Below, one piece after another: positions 60,867-64,000 of a stretch of 64,000 nucleotides of DNA. The notes beneath the pieces are model-generated. The model ran no database searches. It was not told the DNA's origin and worked only from the letters and a program-made list of their open reading frames with translations. Position numbers and translations under genes: made by a program. The stretch's first letter is position 1. The number at the start of each line of letters is the position of its first letter. Source of the DNA: an uncultured Coriobacteriaceae bacterium (GTDB taxonomy: Bacteria; Actinomycetota; Coriobacteriia; Anaerosomatales; CAZWGV01); contig CAZWGV010000002.1 in the NCBI GenBank assembly GCA_964633595.1, positions 211 to 64,210 of the forward strand, in the 5' to 3' direction.

Positions 60867-61218
60867 GACCGTGTACGTTGTGCAGTGGGAAGACGAGGAC
60901 GGGCTAGACGCCGCACGTCACCTCCGTGCGACCGGCTGGCCCGTGGAGCTGGGACCTGGAGAGGCTCAGGAGGCCTGCAGGCGAATCTCCAACTGCCTTC
61001 CGCTCGCGGTGGTGATACCTCTCGACCCCGACCCCGAACTCGGGTGTGGACTGGCATGCCAGATGCTCGCCGATGGAGCTACCTCCCGCACACCGATAGT
61101 GTTCGTGGGCGGGATGCCTGATTCAGTGGACATCGCCAAGAACCTCGTCCCCGACGCGATGTTCAGCGATACGGACGACCTGGCCGCCCTACTCGAGACG
61201 CTGAAGCGCCGCCAGTGA
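60859..61218 (+). CDS. small hypothetical protein, possibly a degenerate CheY-like receiver fold
   Basis: ATG 60859 is preceded by GAGAGGAGGGG. The pattern VYVVQWEDED ... LAVVIPLDPD ... TPIVFVGG ... AKNLVP resembles receiver beta1/beta3/beta4/beta5 positions. This is a weak, by-eye call. Confidence 0.45.
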   Translation: MSETVYVVQWEDEDGLDAARHLRATGWPVELGPGEAQEACRRISNCLPLAVVIPLDPDPELGCGLACQMLADGATSRTPIVFVGGMPDSVDIAKNLVPDAMFSDTDDLAALLETLKRRQ

Positions 61219-61238
61219 GGCCTGGCGGGAGGCGTCCG

Positions 61239-62006
61239 GTGGAGCGGGTGCACTGGGTCCTTCCCGCCTACAACGAGGCGGCGAGCATCGGGGATATGCT
61301 ATCGCGCATCGAGGAGGTCTCGCGCGACCTCGGCCTCGACTTCGACGTGACCGTGATCGACGACGGCAGCGGTGACGATACGGGGGACATCGCGAGGGCG
61401 GCCGGCGAGCGGATGCCCGTAGCTGTGTTCAGGAATGAGCCTAATCGCGGGCTCGGCTACACCATCCGGCGAGGCCTGCGCGAGGCGCTATCCGTAGCTT
61501 CCGACGACGACGCCGTCGTCACCCTCGACGCCGATCTCACGCAAGATCCCGTCTATGCGGGTAGCATGCTGAGCACCCTGGCCGAGGGGGCCGACGTGGT
61601 GATAGCGTCGCGCTATCGGCCGGGCGCCGGCATGGAGGGCGTCTCGGCGCTGCGACTTCTGCTGAGCTACGGCGCGAGTGCACTAGTTAGCCTGGCGCGC
61701 CCCATCCGTGGGGTGAGGGACTACTCGTGTGGGTTTCGGGCCTACCGTGCGGCCGTGTTGAGGCTCGGGTTCGAGCTGTTCGGCGACGACTTCGTCTCGG
61801 AGAGCGGATTCGGGTGCATGGTCGAGATCGCGCAGCGGCTACGCGGCAGAGCTGTCTTCGCCGAGGTTCCATTCGTGTTGCGCTACGACGCGAAGCGCCA
61901 GGCTTCCGCGATCAGGATCGTGCCCACGATCCGCTCGTATTTCAGGGTTCTAGGATGCGTGCGCCGCGATGAGCGCCGGTTGCGCCGAGCAAGTCGCGAC
62001 GGGTAG
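61239..62006 (+). CDS. GT2 polyprenyl-phosphate glycosyltransferase (Ppm1/ArnC-like)
   Basis: Motifs VLPAYNEAASIG, VIDDGSGDDT, TLDADLTQDP and SRY. GTG 61239 is preceded by GGGAGG; the alternative start GTG 61215 overlaps the upstream stop. Confidence 0.88.
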   Translation: MERVHWVLPAYNEAASIGDMLSRIEEVSRDLGLDFDVTVIDDGSGDDTGDIARAAGERMPVAVFRNEPNRGLGYTIRRGLREALSVASDDDAVVTLDADLTQDPVYAGSMLSTLAEGADVVIASRYRPGAGMEGVSALRLLLSYGASALVSLARPIRGVRDYSCGFRAYRAAVLRLGFELFGDDFVSESGFGCMVEIAQRLRGRAVFAEVPFVLRYDAKRQASAIRIVPTIRSYFRVLGCVRRDERRLRRASRDG

Positions 62007-62019
62007 CCGAGCACAGCGG

Positions 62020-63582
62020 ATGGTGATGGGCGTAGCCAGCGCGGAAGGACGAACCCCAGGCCAAACCGCCACAAGCGTGCTGGAGCGCCACTGGGCGCCG
62101 CTGCTAGTGGTTATCACGTTTGCTTCGGCCGCGGTGCGCTTGTGGGGTCTTGGCGCGGAGAGCCTCTGGACGGACGAGCTGACCACTGCCCGGATGACGC
62201 TTTCTGGTCCCCTGGAGGCTTGGCGACAGGCTGCGGCCGACACTAGCCCGCCTCTCTACTACGTCCTGCAAGCGCTGGTCCTTCGCTGGCTGCCTGCCGG
62301 TGAAGTCTCCTTGCGACTGCTCTCGGTGCTTTGCGGTGTCGCGACCATTCCGGTCGTTGCGGCTCTCGGCCGATGGCTGTTCTCGCCCTCAGCAGGCCTC
62401 CTCGCCGGATCGATGTTCGCATTCAGCTGGTCGGCGATCTTGCTCGGGCAGGAGGCGCGGGCGTACTCGCTGGCGACGTTGTGTGTCTCGATAGCGGCAC
62501 TGACTCTGACTCGGGCGCTGAGCGTTGATGACGGCCGGAGGCGCGCGCTGTGGCTTGGGGCCCACGGCCTGGCGGCGCTCGTTGCGCTCTACTCGCACTG
62601 GTTCTCGCTGCTCGCTCTGGCCGGTATCGAGGTGGCGGTGTTGAGTTCGCGAGCAGGCAGGCAGGTGCTGGGGCGTGTCTGGGTGGCGAGCCTGGCACTG
62701 GTGGGCATGGGGTTCGTGCCTTGGCTCGCCTATCTTCCCAGGCAGGCGGCGCGGGTGTCTGGGGCCATAGACGCAGGACAGTGGGTCTTGGCGCCGCCCG
62801 GGGCGCTCGCCTCAGAGCTGCTGCGTGCTCTGAGGCTGCATGCCGCCTGGGGACCGCGCCCCGGTTGGTTCTGGATCGCATTCTGGTTGCTGGCGGCCGG
62901 TGGGGTCGCCGCCGTGCTGCGGGCACCTGGCAGACAGCGGGAACCCGGCTCGGCCGAGCCCCGCGCGGTGGCGATCATCGTGTGGTGGCTGGCAGCCGTG
63001 TGGTTGGGCGGAGCGGCGCTGTCTCTCTGGGTATTGCCGGTGTTCGGCTGGCGCTCGGCGTTCCTCGCGCTGCCCGCGGCGTGTCTGCTCGCAGCCCGAG
63101 CCATCCTCGGGCTGTCTCGCGTGCGGGCAGGTCTCGCAGCGGTTGCGGTGCTCGTGTTGCTGCTGCTCGGGATGCTCGATCTGCGCGCTGAGGCCGTGCG
63201 CCCGAGGTGGCGCGCCGTCACTCAGAAGGTGTCCGAGCAAGCCGGATCGGTTGACATCATGGTGGTGTCTGCACCGTTCGTTCTCGACAACCTGACCACA
63301 TATGCCGCTATCCTTGGCTCGGCTCTTCCCGAGCGCGTTTCCACCGTACCTAGGACCGACGACAGCGGTGCGATCGACGGTGCGCTGCGGCGGGCTCTGG
63401 ACACGGCGGACTCGGCGAGTGTGGTGCTCGGCCACCTGGACTTCGGGCCAGATGGAGCGTCGGCTGTCGACGAAGGTCTCGCGCGGCTCGGATGGCGCAT
63501 GGCCGAGGAGCGCGCCTACGGCGGCAGGATCGGGGGCGAAGTGTACGTCAGGACCTACTTGCGAGAAGGAGGGACCCCCTGA
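62020..63582 (+). CDS. GT-C family glycosyltransferase (GT39/ArnT-like)
   Basis: A polytopic protein. Its first loop, RLWGLGAESLWTDELTTA, is typical of the PMT_2/ArnT family. Soluble C-terminal domain. Start uncertain (ATG 62020 or upstream). Confidence 0.8.
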   Translation: MVMGVASAEGRTPGQTATSVLERHWAPLLVVITFASAAVRLWGLGAESLWTDELTTARMTLSGPLEAWRQAAADTSPPLYYVLQALVLRWLPAGEVSLRLLSVLCGVATIPVVAALGRWLFSPSAGLLAGSMFAFSWSAILLGQEARAYSLATLCVSIAALTLTRALSVDDGRRRALWLGAHGLAALVALYSHWFSLLALAGIEVAVLSSRAGRQVLGRVWVASLALVGMGFVPWLAYLPRQAARVSGAIDAGQWVLAPPGALASELLRALRLHAAWGPRPGWFWIAFWLLAAGGVAAVLRAPGRQREPGSAEPRAVAIIVWWLAAVWLGGAALSLWVLPVFGWRSAFLALPAACLLAARAILGLSRVRAGLAAVAVLVLLLLGMLDLRAEAVRPRWRAVTQKVSEQAGSVDIMVVSAPFVLDNLTTYAAILGSALPERVSTVPRTDDSGAIDGALRRALDTADSASVVLGHLDFGPDGASAVDEGLARLGWRMAEERAYGGRIGGEVYVRTYLREGGTP

Positions 63583-63584
63583 GC

Positions 63585-63971
63585 GTGAGCCGGCCTAGAG
63601 CGAGCACTTCCTACGCGCTGATCGCGGGGAGCATCACCTTCGGTGTGACCGGGCAGGCACTCCTGAAGATCGGCGCTTCGGCTGCCCACGACCCGGGCCT
63701 CGCTGCCACGCTGGTCGCGGCCGCCACGAGCTTGCCTATCATCGCCGGGCTCGGCGCGTACGCGCTGTCCTCTGTGCTGTGGCTTATCGTGCTCTCGCGC
63801 GTGAACCTGTCGATGGCGTATCCGTTTGGAGCACTCGCCTACGTCCTGGTGGCGGCGATCGCCGTTGTGATGGGCGAGCATATCCCGCCGGTGCGGTGGG
63901 CGGGAGTGATCCTCATCGTGTTGGGCGTCCTGCTGGTGGGCGCCCCTCAGGCAGACGCGGGGAGACGATAG
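63585..63971 (+). CDS. small EamA/SMR-like 4-TM protein (ArnE/ArnF-like flippase subunit candidate)
   Basis: GTG 63585 is preceded by GAAGGAGGG. A 128-aa protein with 4 TM segments and motifs GQALLKIGAS, LWLIVLSRVNLSMAYPF and WAGVILIVLGVLLV. Confidence 0.7.
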   Translation: MSRPRASTSYALIAGSITFGVTGQALLKIGASAAHDPGLAATLVAAATSLPIIAGLGAYALSSVLWLIVLSRVNLSMAYPFGALAYVLVAAIAVVMGEHIPPVRWAGVILIVLGVLLVGAPQADAGRR

Positions 63972-64000
63972 TGGGAGTAGTGGGGATCCTGGCCACGGTC

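Noticed and set aside
63971-64000. A possible start of a further gene (GTG 63971, VGVVGILATV...) overlapping the stop of the ArnE-like gene.
   Set aside because: Only 10 codons are visible before the window ends, which is too little to support a call.

Overview
This is a gene-dense, high-GC chromosomal segment (roughly two-thirds G+C by eye, not computed), with about 60 genes, nearly all on the + strand. The backbone is the gene order known from Actinomycetota: ftsH / folE-folP-folK / panBC / coaX. Several blocks interrupt or extend it.

(1) 0.9-15.1 kb: a GAF histidine kinase and NarL-type regulator, then a complete Tad/Flp pilus locus. The locus holds a 54-aa flp pilin missing from the ORF track, with its own terminator, followed by tadE, a tadG-like gene, cpaB, tadZ, tadA, an unusual vWA-TadB fusion, and tadC. 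A secreted 12-NHL-repeat protein follows.

(2) 15.2-30.4 kb: folate genes, then an almost gapless chain of translationally coupled genes: panB-panC-nadA-nadB-nadC-dedA-birA-DUF4129-DUF4350-moxR-DUF58. Divergent SpoIIM-like and RDD genes follow it.

(3) 32.3-40.5 kb: bioY with a textbook BirA operator, a 22-bp tandem repeat, a membrane-anchored SbcCD-like pair (YhaO/YhaN type), and a creBCD-like module on the - strand.

(4) 40.5-57.7 kb: coaX, two genes of unknown function, then a variant System I cytochrome c maturation operon (ccmE-F-A-B-C-D). Its CcmE is internally duplicated and carries the archaeal/Desulfovibrio-type CPSKY heme site. A heme cluster follows: a HemX/CcsA-like gene, a sirC-like gene, an SDR, hemA, hemC, hemD, tRNA-Ala, hemB, and an AhbD/NirJ-type radical SAM enzyme with a His-Pro-Gly repeat extension.

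(5) 57.7-64 kb: an envelope glycan cluster with an O-antigen-ligase-like gene, wecB, GT2, a GT39/ArnT-like gene and an ArnE-like gene.

The best candidates for something undescribed are the Tad locus with its vWA-TadB platform fusion and attached NHL protein, the MoxR/DUF58/DUF4350/DUF4129/SpoIIM/RDD module hard-wired to cofactor genes, and the tandem-OB CcmE. All calls rest on motifs read from the translations. No database search or computation was run, and start codons are less certain than stop codons.
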